From an uncultured Desulfurococcaceae archaeon (GTDB lineage: Archaea > Thermoproteota > Thermoprotei_A > Sulfolobales > NBVN01), in contig CAYNPH010000097.1 of assembly GCA_964399035.1 (NCBI GenBank), forward strand, positions 1,211-65,210: a DNA stretch of 64,000 bases. Reading direction: 5' to 3'. The stretch's first letter is position 1; each line of letters opens with the position of its first letter. The notes beneath the pieces were generated by a model. The model saw only the letters and a list, made by a program, of their open reading frames with translations, was not told where the DNA came from and did no database searches. Position numbers and translations under genes: made by a program. Positions 27,778-37,294 of the stretch are shown here, piece after piece.

Positions 27778-28535
27778 CTAAACCTATACTCGAGGTTAAG
27801 GACCTAGCTAGGTACTTCGGCGGTGTTAAGGCGCTTGACGGAGTGACGCTGGAGGTACCGGAGAGAGGAGTGATAGGGTTGATAGGGCCGAACGGGTCAG
27901 GGAAGACCACGCTGTTCAACGTAGTTACCGGGTTCTACGTACCTACGCGTGGGGAGGTGTGGTACGCTGGGGAGAGGATAGACGGGCTTAACCCGAATGA
28001 AGTGTTCCTGAAGGGGCTCGTGAGAACCTTCCAGATTCCTAGGCTATTTCCCTCGCTAACCGTGCTTGAGAACGTCCTGCTGACCCCGCCAAGGCAGGTG
28101 GGTGAGAAGATCCTAGTCGCGCCATTCAGGAGTAGGTGGGAGAAGCAAGAGAAGGAGCTCGCCCGGAAGGCTGTAGCGCTCCTTAAGAAGTTCGGCCTCG
28201 GCGACTACGTAAGGGCTAAGGTGTCGGAGTTATCCGCAGCCCACATGAAGATGATCGAGACCATCAGGGGACTAATAACGGACGCTAAGGTCTACCTACT
28301 GGACGAGCCAGCCGCTGGCGTCGCATACACTACTGCGAGGGAGCTCTTCACGTTCATAAGAAGGTTAAGAGATGAGGAGGGCTTAACCTTCTTCATCATC
28401 GAGCACAGGCTGGAGGTACTCATGGACTTCGTTGACTACGTCTATGTCCTTCACAACGGCAAGCTACTCTCCGAAGGCAAGCCCGATGAAGTAATGAATG
28501 ATCCAAAGGTAATTGAGGCATACATAGGGAGGTGA
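27774..28535 (+). CDS. livG: Branched-chain amino acid ABC transporter ATP-binding protein
   Basis: Walker A GPNGSGKTT, Walker B YLLDEPAAG, and C-terminal DPKVIEAYIG typical of LivG. 4-nt overlap with livM. Confidence 0.85.
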   Translation: MTKPILEVKDLARYFGGVKALDGVTLEVPERGVIGLIGPNGSGKTTLFNVVTGFYVPTRGEVWYAGERIDGLNPNEVFLKGLVRTFQIPRLFPSLTVLENVLLTPPRQVGEKILVAPFRSRWEKQEKELARKAVALLKKFGLGDYVRAKVSELSAAHMKMIETIRGLITDAKVYLLDEPAAGVAYTTARELFTFIRRLRDEEGLTFFIIEHRLEVLMDFVDYVYVLHNGKLLSEGKPDEVMNDPKVIEAYIGR

Positions 28536-28541
28536 TTAGAG

Positions 28542-29270
28542 GTGAGTGAACAGGGCGCACCAATACTTGAGGTTAAGGGCCTGAGGTCTGGGTACGGGAA
28601 GATGGAGGTGCTTCACGGCATTGACTTAGTGGTTAGGGAGGGCGAAGTAGTGGCGGTTCTCGGGCCTAACGGGGCGGGTAAGACGACCCTGCTTAACAGC
28701 ATATTCGGGATAGCCACGATTCACTCAGGTCAAGTCGTCCTAGCAGGTAAGGACGTGACGGGGTTAAAGCCTCACCAGATAGTGCGGTTAGGCGTAGGGT
28801 ACGCGCCTCAAACAAACAACGTGTTCCCTGAACTCACGGTCGAGGATAACCTAGTGATGGGTGCGTACATGCGTGGCAGGGACCCAAGCATCAAGGATGA
28901 CATTAAGGAGATGTTCAAGCTATTCCCCGAAATAGCTAGGAGGAGGAACCAGAAGGCGAAGACATTGAGCGGTGGGGAGAGACAGATGCTAGCCGTCGCT
29001 AGGGCGCTTATGTCTAGGCCGAAGCTCCTCCTACTGGACGAGCCGACCGCCGGGCTAGCGCCTAAGGCTGCAAGCACCTTAATGCGTAAGGTCGGGGAAA
29101 TAAGGAGCATGGGGGTAACCATACTCCTCGTGGAGCAGAACGTAGCTAAGGCATTGAGCGTTGCTGACAGGGGATACGTGCTTGTGGGTGGGCGCATAGT
29201 TAAGGAGGCCTCAGCAGACGAGCTAAGAAGCATTGAGATGGAGAAGCTATTCTTCTTGGGAGGGGAGTGA
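28542..29270 (+). CDS. livF: Branched-chain amino acid ABC transporter ATP-binding protein
   Basis: Walker A GPNGAGKTT, signature LSGGERQMLAVARAL, Walker B LLLLDEPTAGL. Confidence 0.85.
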   Translation: MSEQGAPILEVKGLRSGYGKMEVLHGIDLVVREGEVVAVLGPNGAGKTTLLNSIFGIATIHSGQVVLAGKDVTGLKPHQIVRLGVGYAPQTNNVFPELTVEDNLVMGAYMRGRDPSIKDDIKEMFKLFPEIARRRNQKAKTLSGGERQMLAVARALMSRPKLLLLDEPTAGLAPKAASTLMRKVGEIRSMGVTILLVEQNVAKALSVADRGYVLVGGRIVKEASADELRSIEMEKLFFLGGE

Positions 29271-29344
29271 GTTCTCTGCGATGACTTGAACAATAGTCTT
29301 AATTTTTAACTCTGTGTAAACCCATTAATCAGGTGAGCAACTGA

Positions 29345-29797
29345 ATGGTTAAGCTGGCAATAGTGGTTTCGGAGTTCAATTACGACGTGACCTACTTAAT
29401 GCTTCAGAAAGCCGTCAACCACGCTAAGTTCCTCGGTGCGGAGGTCACGCACGTCGTTAAGGTGCCCGGGGCGTTCGAAGTACCTATCGCGGTGAAGAAG
29501 CTTCTCGATAAGGGCGACGTCGACGCCGTAGTGACTATAGGGGCTGTGATTCAAGGTGCAACGAAGCACGATGAACTCGTTGCTGGGCAAACCGCGAGAA
29601 AATTAATGGACCTCGCGCTCGAGTACGGTAAGCCAGTAACGCTCGGCATAATAGGGCCCGGCGCATCGAGAATGCAGGCGCTCGAGAGGGTCGAGGACTA
29701 CGCTAGGCGCGCGGTGGAGGCAGCCGTCAAGATGGTGCGTAGGCTTAAGGCCGTTGACGAGCTAAGGTATGAGGGCGAAACCCTAACCATAGAGTGA
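29345..29797 (+). CDS. ribH: 6,7-dimethyl-8-ribityllumazine synthase
   Basis: [11 protein letters not shown]...VPGAFEVP...[15 protein letters not shown] is the lumazine synthase pattern. Confidence 0.85.
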   Translation: MVKLAIVVSEFNYDVTYLMLQKAVNHAKFLGAEVTHVVKVPGAFEVPIAVKKLLDKGDVDAVVTIGAVIQGATKHDELVAGQTARKLMDLALEYGKPVTLGIIGPGASRMQALERVEDYARRAVEAAVKMVRRLKAVDELRYEGETLTIE

Positions 29798-29857
29798 TGT
29801 AGCACCAACTAAGCGACGGCACCCCCTAGCTAACTATGTCCCGGTAAGTGAGGAAGC

Positions 29858-30556
29858 ATGGTACTTGTAGGGACGGTGGCGTTCGAGGGATATAGGGAGT
29901 GGACGGAGTCCTTAGGACCTGACAGGGAATGGTTCATACAACTCGTGCAGGCTAGGACGTACCAGGTGATTCAGTCCTTCACTGCTGAGCACGATGGTAT
30001 GGCTTTACCCCTCAGGTACGATATCCAGTTAGTGCTCCTGCCAGGTAGCGTCGACCCGGAGGCATTCATTAACGGCGTTAAGGAAGCTCTCAAACCATAC
30101 AGTCCCACACCTGTCCGGGTAGCGTTACTCTGCGGTGAAATACCTTCGGTGCTCAGCAAGGTGCGCAAGTACTTAGAGCTAGGTGATTACTACGAGGAAT
30201 GCGAACCTAGGGAAATCGCGGTAGCGCATGCTGACCTAAACTACTTCACACACATGACCTCTAGGGACGGGCCCTACTCAGCGTATGTCGAGGTGATGAA
30301 GCTCATCAACACCTACGTGGAGTCCCTCGCGGACATTGCCGTCGTTCAGTACTTAGGAGGCGATAACCTAGTTGCAATTACCGAGCCCTCAAACCTAGAT
30401 GCGGTCATACAGGAACTCATTAAACCGAACCACATTAAGGTGGGGGTCGGTATATCGCACATACCTAGGAAGGCCTTCTCAGCCGCGGCTACGGCCCTAA
30501 CGAGGATTAGGGAGGGTGGCAGGAGGATCAAATACCTTGTGCTAAGGGAGGGGTGA
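29858..30556 (+). CDS. arfA: GTP cyclohydrolase III (archaeal riboflavin/F420 pathway, MJ0145-like)
   Basis: N-terminal VGTVAFEGYREWTESLGPDREW resembles the GCH III family (QIDNYGPWT type). About 230 aa. Adjacent to ribH. Confidence 0.55.
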   Translation: MVLVGTVAFEGYREWTESLGPDREWFIQLVQARTYQVIQSFTAEHDGMALPLRYDIQLVLLPGSVDPEAFINGVKEALKPYSPTPVRVALLCGEIPSVLSKVRKYLELGDYYEECEPREIAVAHADLNYFTHMTSRDGPYSAYVEVMKLINTYVESLADIAVVQYLGGDNLVAITEPSNLDAVIQELIKPNHIKVGVGISHIPRKAFSAAATALTRIREGGRRIKYLVLREG

Positions 30557-30629
30557 GGGCCGCCAGAAGCAAACCACCTTTAGGCGGCACGCATTTTAAT
30601 GTGATTGAGACTTTCCCTTGGTGTGATGT

Positions 30630-31163
30630 GTGGTATTCAGTCTAATAGTGACGCATGAGCCAGGCATAGACAACTACCGTTGGGCCAGGAATCAACTCAG
30701 GCAAATAGCTGGTACTAAGTTAAGGTACGTTTCTTCCTACCAGTCAGTGATCCTCTATGACCTAGATGAGGATCCCCATGAGGTGGCTAGGGAGATAAGG
30801 GAGGCATTAAAAGGTGTTGGAACGCCCATCATAAGGGTCATACCTATAGATTACGTCACGGACCCCTACATAAGCGACGTTGTGGAGGTTATTAAGGAGA
30901 GCATAGCCCCCAAAATACCTGAGGGGACTAAGTTCCGTGTGACCCTCGAGGGACATCTTTACGTCGTGAGGGAGGACGGCTCCAGGGTGAGGATGCACAC
31001 CATAGACGCCGTCAGGGAGATAGCGAGGTACATTGACAGGCCAGTGGATCTCGAGAACCCAGAGTTAGTAGTCCTCGTTAAGGTCGTTAAGTACATGCGG
31101 GGAAGGAGGAAGGCCGGCATATCCTTGCTCAAGCCTGAGGAGCTGAGGAGGGTCTCCGTATGA
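30630..31163 (+). CDS. THUMP domain-like protein
   Basis: 177 aa. Ferredoxin-like N-terminal part, then FRVTLEG...VDLENPELVVLVKVV...AGISLL, which resembles a THUMP module. 4-nt overlap with the downstream mutase gene. Confidence 0.4.
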   Translation: MVFSLIVTHEPGIDNYRWARNQLRQIAGTKLRYVSSYQSVILYDLDEDPHEVAREIREALKGVGTPIIRVIPIDYVTDPYISDVVEVIKESIAPKIPEGTKFRVTLEGHLYVVREDGSRVRMHTIDAVREIARYIDRPVDLENPELVVLVKVVKYMRGRRKAGISLLKPEELRRVSV

Positions 31164-32563
31164 GGAGGCTCTTCGGGACAGCCGGTATTAGGGGCAGGTA
31201 CTTGGAAGAGGTCTCACCCCACCTAGCGGTCGAGGTGGGGATGGCGCTAACAACGTACGTGAAGGCATCTAAGGTAGTTATAGGCGGGGATGGTAGGCTA
31301 ACAACGCCTGTTCTCAAGCTAGCCGCGGCGGTAGGCGCTATGACTGTGGGGGCCAACGCGATCGATGTGGGGCTAGTTCCCCTCCCGACCCTAGCATGGT
31401 CCGTGAGGAGATACGGGGGCGACGGAGGCATATACATCACGGCATCGCATAACCCACCAACGGACAACGGCATAAAAGTATTCACCGCTGAGGGGATGGA
31501 GTTCCCCGAGAGGGATGAGAGGGAGCTAGAGAGGATAATCCACGAGAAGTCGTGGAGGCTCGCCGACTGGGACTCCGTAGGTAAGTATGAGGCAAGGCTA
31601 GGTGCGTTGGAGGACTACATAGAAGAAGTGAGTTCTAGGGTGATGCCAACCACGATTAAGAGAAAACCCAAGGTACTCATAGACACCGCCAACGGCGCCC
31701 CCTCACTAGCCACACCCAACGTGCTAAGGAGTATAGGTGCGGACGTCGTGACGCTAAACGCTAATGTCGACGGGAGGTTCCCGGGCAGGACACCTGAGCC
31801 AAGACCCGACGTGCTAGAGCCCTTCCTCCCCGTTGCTAGGGACGTGGGCGCGCATGTTTTCCTTGCGCAGGACGGTGACGGGGATAGGTTAGCTGTCCTT
31901 GACCCGGCTAAGGGCTTCATAAAGCAGGACAGAATCATAGCGTTAATAGCTAAGAGGAAGCTCGAGGAGAAGAAAGGAACTATCGTTGTGTCCATAGATG
32001 TCGGCAACGCCGTAAGGGATGTAGTCGAGGAACTCGGCGGTAAGCTCTACGTCGTGAAGCTAGGGAAAACACATGAAGGCCTACTCAAGAACCCTGACAC
32101 GTTAATAGCTGCTGAGCCGTGGAAACTCATCGACCCGTCCTGGGGGTCATGGATCGACGGGATCTATCAAGCTGGATTAATAGTTAAGTGGATGGCTGAG
32201 GAAGGTAAGGACATAGGAGAGTTAATGAGTGAGGTGCCTAACTACCCTCAAGCTAGGTACTCACTTAAGATGCCTAAGCACGTGCGCGACCAGGTGTTCG
32301 AGGCCATGAAGGACGAACTAATGGGGATGGCTGGCGAGAACTCCGAAATAATAACGATTGATGGGTTAAGGGTGAACTTCCCGGACAGGTCCTGGCTACT
32401 CATAAGGAAGTCCGGGACAGAGCCCAAGATAAGGATCTACGGTGAGGCAGGGAGCCCACAAGCACTGAGAGACATGGTCAACAAACTCATCCATACCGCC
32501 ACATCAACGCTCAGGAAGTTAGGGGTAAGCGAAGTTAAGGTGGAAGGCAAGATAATACCATAA
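31160..32563 (+). CDS. Phosphohexomutase (phosphoglucosamine mutase / phosphomannomutase family)
   Basis: Active-site Ser loop ITASHNPPTDNGIKV, metal loop AQDGDGDRL, and C-terminal RKSGTEPKIRIY. Confidence 0.85.
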   Translation: MRRLFGTAGIRGRYLEEVSPHLAVEVGMALTTYVKASKVVIGGDGRLTTPVLKLAAAVGAMTVGANAIDVGLVPLPTLAWSVRRYGGDGGIYITASHNPPTDNGIKVFTAEGMEFPERDERELERIIHEKSWRLADWDSVGKYEARLGALEDYIEEVSSRVMPTTIKRKPKVLIDTANGAPSLATPNVLRSIGADVVTLNANVDGRFPGRTPEPRPDVLEPFLPVARDVGAHVFLAQDGDGDRLAVLDPAKGFIKQDRIIALIAKRKLEEKKGTIVVSIDVGNAVRDVVEELGGKLYVVKLGKTHEGLLKNPDTLIAAEPWKLIDPSWGSWIDGIYQAGLIVKWMAEEGKDIGELMSEVPNYPQARYSLKMPKHVRDQVFEAMKDELMGMAGENSEIITIDGLRVNFPDRSWLLIRKSGTEPKIRIYGEAGSPQALRDMVNKLIHTATSTLRKLGVSEVKVEGKIIP

Positions 32564-32637
32564 AACGAGGGAAAATCCGGGAAAACAAGCACGTGGTTTT
32601 ACACTTCTTAAAAACATGAGGGGTTCTGACCACCGCG

Positions 32638-33303
32638 TTAGAAGTTCTCGGCGGTGGCCTCTGATTCGCCACTCTTCGAAGCGGTCGGGACGGCGGGTAG
32701 GGCTGGGAAGGTCTCCTTCATGCGCTGCTCCGCTATCACCTTTGCCTCCTCTAGCACTTTCCTCGCATCCGGGCTCGTGTAGATTGGTGACGGGCCTATC
32801 CCTAGCATCTCACCCGCTTCCATCACGGTCTCCTGAAGTATGTCATGCACCTCACCAAGCTCAATACCTATCTCGGGGAGCACACCCCTTATCGCTGCCC
32901 TTATATCCTTAACCACCCCCACCACGGGGCCAAGCATAGCGGCAATGTCACCTATTTCTCTTATGGACTCAATCCTCAGGGATATCTGTTCGAGCGCCAC
33001 CTGCACCATCAGTAGGGACTTAGCCACCTTCCTTAACTCCGCCACCTCATTAGCGTACATGGACGCCCTAGCCATGTCCTTACTTATGAGGGCATCTACA
33101 ACCCTCTCAAACAGGTCCTTATCCCTAGCCTTAAGCCTCTCTAAGTACACCTCAAGCCTCCTAACCATCGAGTTAATCTTGTAATGAGCCATAGCTAGCC
33201 TCATCCTAAGGGGCTTCTCCTTCGTGAACGCGCTCTTAATCATCTGACCAACGGTTTTCTCCTTTCCCTTCCAGGCTTTCTCAAAGTCCTTAAAGCTGGA
33301 CAT
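32638..33303 (-). CDS. ESCRT-III/Snf7 (CdvB)-like coiled-coil protein, tentative
   Basis: About 220 aa, all-helical. A long helical hairpin (RMRLAMAHYKINSMVRRLEVYLERLKARDKDLFERVVDALISKDMARASMYANEVAELRKVAKSLLMVQVALEQISLRIES) is followed by a short helix (GDIAAMLGPVVGVVKDIRAAI) and an acidic tail, which parallels the CHMP/CdvB layout. Start taken at MSSFKDF. The ORF extends to 33333. Confidence 0.45.
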   Translation of the reverse strand: MSSFKDFEKAWKGKEKTVGQMIKSAFTKEKPLRMRLAMAHYKINSMVRRLEVYLERLKARDKDLFERVVDALISKDMARASMYANEVAELRKVAKSLLMVQVALEQISLRIESIREIGDIAAMLGPVVGVVKDIRAAIRGVLPEIGIELGEVHDILQETVMEAGEMLGIGPSPIYTSPDARKVLEEAKVIAEQRMKETFPALPAVPTASKSGESEATAENF

Positions 33304-33471
33304 AGGCTTACACACCGATAACAGACTCCCCACGCAGATTTACTTAAAAAGGAGGAACCCAAATCCTGTAGAGGCGCATACAGTATATCGATTAAACTCT
33401 ATAAAGGAATTTCTACGGGTATCTCACACGTAACAAATACGAATTAAGTAGTTGCACTAGACCATTCAGTC

Positions 33472-33501
33472 AATTTTTAATTTACTAACTAATAAAATAT
33501 A
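33472..33501 (+). promoter_or_regulatory. AT-rich BRE/TATA-like promoter region of the pilin gene
   Basis: AATTTTTAATTTACTAACTAATAAAATATA lies 18-47 nt upstream of the ATG, followed by GAGGTGA. Confidence 0.4.
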
Positions 33502-33518
33502 CGTGAGGTGAGCCACAA

Positions 33519-33941
33519 ATGAAGGCTCTAAGAAAAGGTATATCCCCAATAATCGCAACGGTCCTACTAATACTCATAGCGATAGCGACCGGCATAGTAA
33601 TCTACGCATTCGCAACAGGCTGGATAGGAGGACGACTAAACCAAGGCTCAGGACCCCAAGCAGTACTGGTAGTGGAGTCAGGGTTCTACAATAGTTCCAG
33701 CGGTAATTTCGTATTGTACGTCAGAAATGATGGTGGGGTAGTAGCCAACATAACTAGGGCATATGTTACTGCACCTAACGGTAGCGTGATTTTCATTAAC
33801 CTCGGTAAGGGATACACCGTAGATCCAGGTAGTGTAACCAAAGTACTTGTACCGTATCCCTCAGCAACTATTGGCTACGCTTACAAGATAACGCTAGTGT
33901 CAAGTGACGGTGCAGAAGTATCATACACAATAAGAGCCTAA
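33519..33941 (+). CDS. Archaeal type IV pilin-like protein (class III signal peptide)
   Basis: MKALRKG/ISPIIATVLLILIAIATGIVIYAF is the prepilin peptidase (PibD/FlaK-type) processing motif plus a hydrophobic N-terminal helix. The C-terminal part is beta-rich with N-x-S/T sites. Confidence 0.75.
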   Translation: MKALRKGISPIIATVLLILIAIATGIVIYAFATGWIGGRLNQGSGPQAVLVVESGFYNSSSGNFVLYVRNDGGVVANITRAYVTAPNGSVIFINLGKGYTVDPGSVTKVLVPYPSATIGYAYKITLVSSDGAEVSYTIRA

Positions 33942-33956
33942 CAGGGAACCAATTAA

Positions 33957-33969
33957 TTTTTGATCTTTT
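33957..33969 (+). terminator. Oligo-T tract after the pilin gene
   Basis: TTTTTGATCTTTT begins 16 nt after the stop codon. Confidence 0.4.
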
Positions 33970-34114
33970 AGGGAAAACCACAACATCACACAATTTCTCC
34001 CTTTCTGTTTTCCACTGTTTATCACGAAGCACATATGAGGAAGGATAAAATGTAAGTATGTGGAGGAAAGTAAATTTGTTGATGTAAAGTAATTAAATTA
34101 GGAATAAAGTAAAG

Positions 34115-35671
34115 GTGCTAGCTATGCCTAAGGACGAAGGAATAATTCACAATGATGCCAATCCCAGCGTCATTCTTTCTGAGAAGGATAGTGAGAACTT
34201 TGAACTTAAGGAGGAGACCATTGAGGAGTACGAACTGGACGAATATACTAAGGTACGTATTGTTAGGTCTCCTATGGCTACTTCTTTTGGTGGTTCGCTG
34301 CAGTACGTTGTTGATACTCCACAACCAAGTGATGCGGAGAGGGAAGTTCTTGATTTTGTTAGGCGCTGGTTTATTGAGGAGTACCCTAGGCCTGAGCTCG
34401 ACATCGATAAGATGTCAATAGTTATTGAGGAGGCCATAGAGAGGTTCGCCCCTAGGATCCTGAGGAAGAAGCTTAAGCTGAAGCGGAAGGAGAAGATAGA
34501 TGAGGCCGTAATTGACCGCATTAAGTACATGGCTAGAAGGGACATTGTAGGGTTCGGTAAGCTCGAGCCTATGCTTAAGGACCCGAACATTGAGGACATA
34601 CACGTCCTCGGTATCGGTAAGCCTGTATTCGTGTGGCATAGGACTTACGAGAACTTACCGACGAATGTCTTCTTTGTCGAGCCTGAAGACCTTGAACGTC
34701 ACCTGCAAAAGATGATGTTGACTACCGGTAAGTTCGTGAGCTTGAGTCGACCGATAGTTGACGGCACGCTACCTATGGGGTACAGGATTAACGTGGTTCA
34801 TTCCGTCGTTTCCGAGTTAGGCACCGCGATCACCATCAGGAAGTATAAGGAGATACCATTCACCGTGATCGACCTAGTTAGGTTCGGCACCTTAACGCCC
34901 GAGCTCGTCGGGTTCCTCTGGGTGGCTATGGAGAATAAGCGCTCCGTGTTCATTGTCGGTGAGACTGCCGCTGGTAAGACCACCCTGCTAAACGCCGTGG
35001 CGACCCTAATACCACTCAATATGAAGGTAGTCGTCATTGAGGAGGTTAGGGAAATTAGGTTGCCCCACCCTAACTCAGTATTCATGGTTACTAGGGAAGG
35101 CGTTGAGACCCTCGGTAAGGTAACGCTCTATGACCTAGTTAAGACTTCACTCAGGCAGAGACCTGACTACATAATCGTCGGTGAGGTTAGGGGTGAGGAG
35201 GCGTACGTGCTCCTCCAGGCTATTTCCCTAGGTCATGGTGGCTTAGGCACGATGCATGCTGAGGGTGTTGAGGCCGCTGTTAGGAGGTTAATGGCTCCGC
35301 CCATGAATATTCCTCCATACCTGATGCAGTTACTTGACGTCATAGTTCACGTGTCTAAGGTGAGGATAGGGAGGAGGATAAACAGGTACGTGCTAACGGC
35401 TGCCGAGATCTCCCACATAGACCCTGAGACTAAGGAACCCGAGCTTAACGTGATATATAAGGTGTCCGTGGACGAGCGAGAGGGCGCTAGGTTAGAGAGG
35501 TTCGCGCCTGAAGCCTCGATAACGTTGAGGAAAATCAGTGAGATACGTGGTTTAAGCATAGATACCCTCATAAGTAAGGTGTACCGTAGGGCGGACTTCA
35601 TTCGAAGGTTAGCACTGGAGAACCCGCCATACGAGGAGGCGATACTCAGGCTAACTAACTACAGGGATTGA
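34115..35671 (+). CDS. Type II/IV secretion family ATPase (FlaI/ArlI / PilB / VirB11-like)
   Basis: Walker A GETAAGKTTLLNA, Asp box/Walker B DYIIVGEVRGEEA, His box GHGGLGTMHA. The likely start is ATG at 34124. Confidence 0.85.
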   Translation: MLAMPKDEGIIHNDANPSVILSEKDSENFELKEETIEEYELDEYTKVRIVRSPMATSFGGSLQYVVDTPQPSDAEREVLDFVRRWFIEEYPRPELDIDKMSIVIEEAIERFAPRILRKKLKLKRKEKIDEAVIDRIKYMARRDIVGFGKLEPMLKDPNIEDIHVLGIGKPVFVWHRTYENLPTNVFFVEPEDLERHLQKMMLTTGKFVSLSRPIVDGTLPMGYRINVVHSVVSELGTAITIRKYKEIPFTVIDLVRFGTLTPELVGFLWVAMENKRSVFIVGETAAGKTTLLNAVATLIPLNMKVVVIEEVREIRLPHPNSVFMVTREGVETLGKVTLYDLVKTSLRQRPDYIIVGEVRGEEAYVLLQAISLGHGGLGTMHAEGVEAAVRRLMAPPMNIPPYLMQLLDVIVHVSKVRIGRRINRYVLTAAEISHIDPETKEPELNVIYKVSVDEREGARLERFAPEASITLRKISEIRGLSIDTLISKVYRRADFIRRLALENPPYEEAILRLTNYRD

Positions 35672-35672
35672 G

Positions 35673-36431
35673 GTGAGCTTAGGGGTGCTTAACACTCTCT
35701 ACATCGGTAAGTCCAAGAGGGTTCACTACGCTGTTTCAGCCGTGCCGGCCGCCTTAGGAGCCGTGATTGCCGTCTTATCGTACCTTCAGTTCCTGCCCCT
35801 GAGCTTAATACTTGCAGTCATTTACACATTGATAATGGTTTCCATATCAGCATCCATAGCTTTCCTGCCTAAGTTCAAGGTAAGCTCAATGCTTGAGCAC
35901 CTAGAGCTTAGGCTACCTCACCTTATACTGAGGCTGAGGACGCTCATAATGGCTGGTGAGTCCCCTCTCGAAGCCTTTCTCTCGGCCGCTAGTGAAGTTC
36001 GATCCCCCATCCTTGATTACTTAATAAAGCAGATAGCGTTAGGGGTAACCCCTGAGGAAGCCATTAGTGAGTTGCAGAGAGCCCTTAAGAATAAGCCCGT
36101 GCTTGACACGCTTAAACGCATAGTGCTTTCTCTCGGGATGGGCGAGGAGGCGATAAACTACCTTAAGGAGGAGTTCGACGCGATAATGGCTGAGAGGGAG
36201 TCAGGGCTTAGGAAGGCTATAGAGAGTCTATCAGTGATTGTCGAGATGTACATGTCGATAGGCGTGTTCTTCCCGGTCATAGCGATAGTGATGCTGGCGT
36301 CACTCTCAATACTCGGTAGTGGGTTCGACATCAACGCGTTAATAGCCCTCCTAATATTCGTGGCGATACCCCTATTCTCGGCGTTCTCCGCAATCATGGC
36401 TAAGAAGATCGTTGAGAGGGCATTACTATGA
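35673..36431 (+). CDS. Type IV filament platform protein, N-terminal half-gene (single T2SSF-like domain, TadB/FlaJ-like)
   Basis: 252 aa. TM helices flank a cytoplasmic helical domain with LRLRTLIMAGESPLEAFLSAA (T2SSF-type aG.s..eA motif). Starts 1 nt after the ATPase stop. Confidence 0.6.
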   Translation: MSLGVLNTLYIGKSKRVHYAVSAVPAALGAVIAVLSYLQFLPLSLILAVIYTLIMVSISASIAFLPKFKVSSMLEHLELRLPHLILRLRTLIMAGESPLEAFLSAASEVRSPILDYLIKQIALGVTPEEAISELQRALKNKPVLDTLKRIVLSLGMGEEAINYLKEEFDAIMAERESGLRKAIESLSVIVEMYMSIGVFFPVIAIVMLASLSILGSGFDINALIALLIFVAIPLFSAFSAIMAKKIVERALL

Positions 36432-37294
36432 GGCGAAAAATCAACGCCAGCATAAGCAGGAAGGACCTCCGGATCCTGCTCCTCACGCTCCCTGCTTGGG
36501 CCGCGGTGCTCTATGCCGTATACTTAATAGTTATAACGAAGAAAGGATTCAGCCTCTACGACCCCTACGAGGCCTTAGGTATTTCCTTCATAATAGCTGT
36601 CTCACTGATACCGTCGGCACTCTTTGAGTATAAGTGGGAGTGGGAAACGTCTAGGGCGGAGGCTGAAATACCCTTGATACTGTCAGCGCTGGAGAGCGGT
36701 TTGAGGGCGGGTCTTAGCTTACCTGAAGCACTCAGGGAATCACTGAAGTACTCTAAGTACTTAAGGCGTGATCTTGTGAGGGTGCTTAATGCCTTAGCTG
36801 CTGGCGAGAGCATAGATTCGGCCATAAGGTACTTGAGGAGGGAGACGCCGCTCCTAGCCATAACAGCTGATTACTTGAAGGTCCTTGCTAAGGGTGGTGA
36901 AGAGCTATTCCGGACGCTTAAGGACTTTCGAGAGTCTGTTGAAGTGATAGTTGGGTACACGGGTAAGCTCAAGGAAGCCACTCGATCTTTCCTAGCCACG
37001 GTGTACATGGTGCTCATAGTTTACTTAATAACGACAGCAATCTTCCTTCAGACATTCCTATATCCGCTGGCCAAGGAATCAGAGAAGTTAACGATGCTCG
37101 GGAGGATAGATCCCTTAGCGCTCACGTCACTCATAATTTATGGGGCCCTAATAGAGTCGATACTGAACGGCATAACGACATCCTACTTCACGGGCTCCAG
37201 GTACCTCTCATCACTCTTCCACGCCTTAATCCTTCTTTTCCTCTCGATAATGGTGTACACGGTGCTCCTCTTTACCCAAGTGCCGCCAGCGTAA
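36428..37294 (+). CDS. Type IV filament platform protein, C-terminal half-gene (single T2SSF-like domain, TadC/FlaJ-like)
   Basis: 288 aa. LILSALESGLRAGLSLPEALRESL (T2SSF-type motif) plus C-terminal TM helices. ATGA overlap with the preceding half-gene. Confidence 0.6.
   Translation: MRRKINASISRKDLRILLLTLPAWAAVLYAVYLIVITKKGFSLYDPYEALGISFIIAVSLIPSALFEYKWEWETSRAEAEIPLILSALESGLRAGLSLPEALRESLKYSKYLRRDLVRVLNALAAGESIDSAIRYLRRETPLLAITADYLKVLAKGGEELFRTLKDFRESVEVIVGYTGKLKEATRSFLATVYMVLIVYLITTAIFLQTFLYPLAKESEKLTMLGRIDPLALTSLIIYGALIESILNGITTSYFTGSRYLSSLFHALILLFLSIMVYTVLLFTQVPPA

Noticed and set aside
32616-32912. 98-aa Arg/Ser/Pro-rich ORF on the plus strand. A 114-aa ORF at 32840-33184 behaves the same way.
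   Set aside because: Both are antisense to the ESCRT-III-like gene, with unnatural composition and no start context.
34052-34115. Four GTAA(A/G)(G/T) hexamers upstream of the secretion ATPase gene, considered as a regulatory repeat.
   Set aside because: The region is very AT-rich, so such short motifs are expected by chance. The spacing is irregular.
35673-37294. The idea that the two platform half-genes are a frameshifted pseudogene of a single FlaJ-like gene.
   Set aside because: The junction is a clean ATGA stop/start overlap, as at several other operon junctions in this window (1369, 27774, 31160). Each half has an intact T2SSF-like motif and TM helices. This is kept as a finding to verify, but the pseudogene call is not supported.
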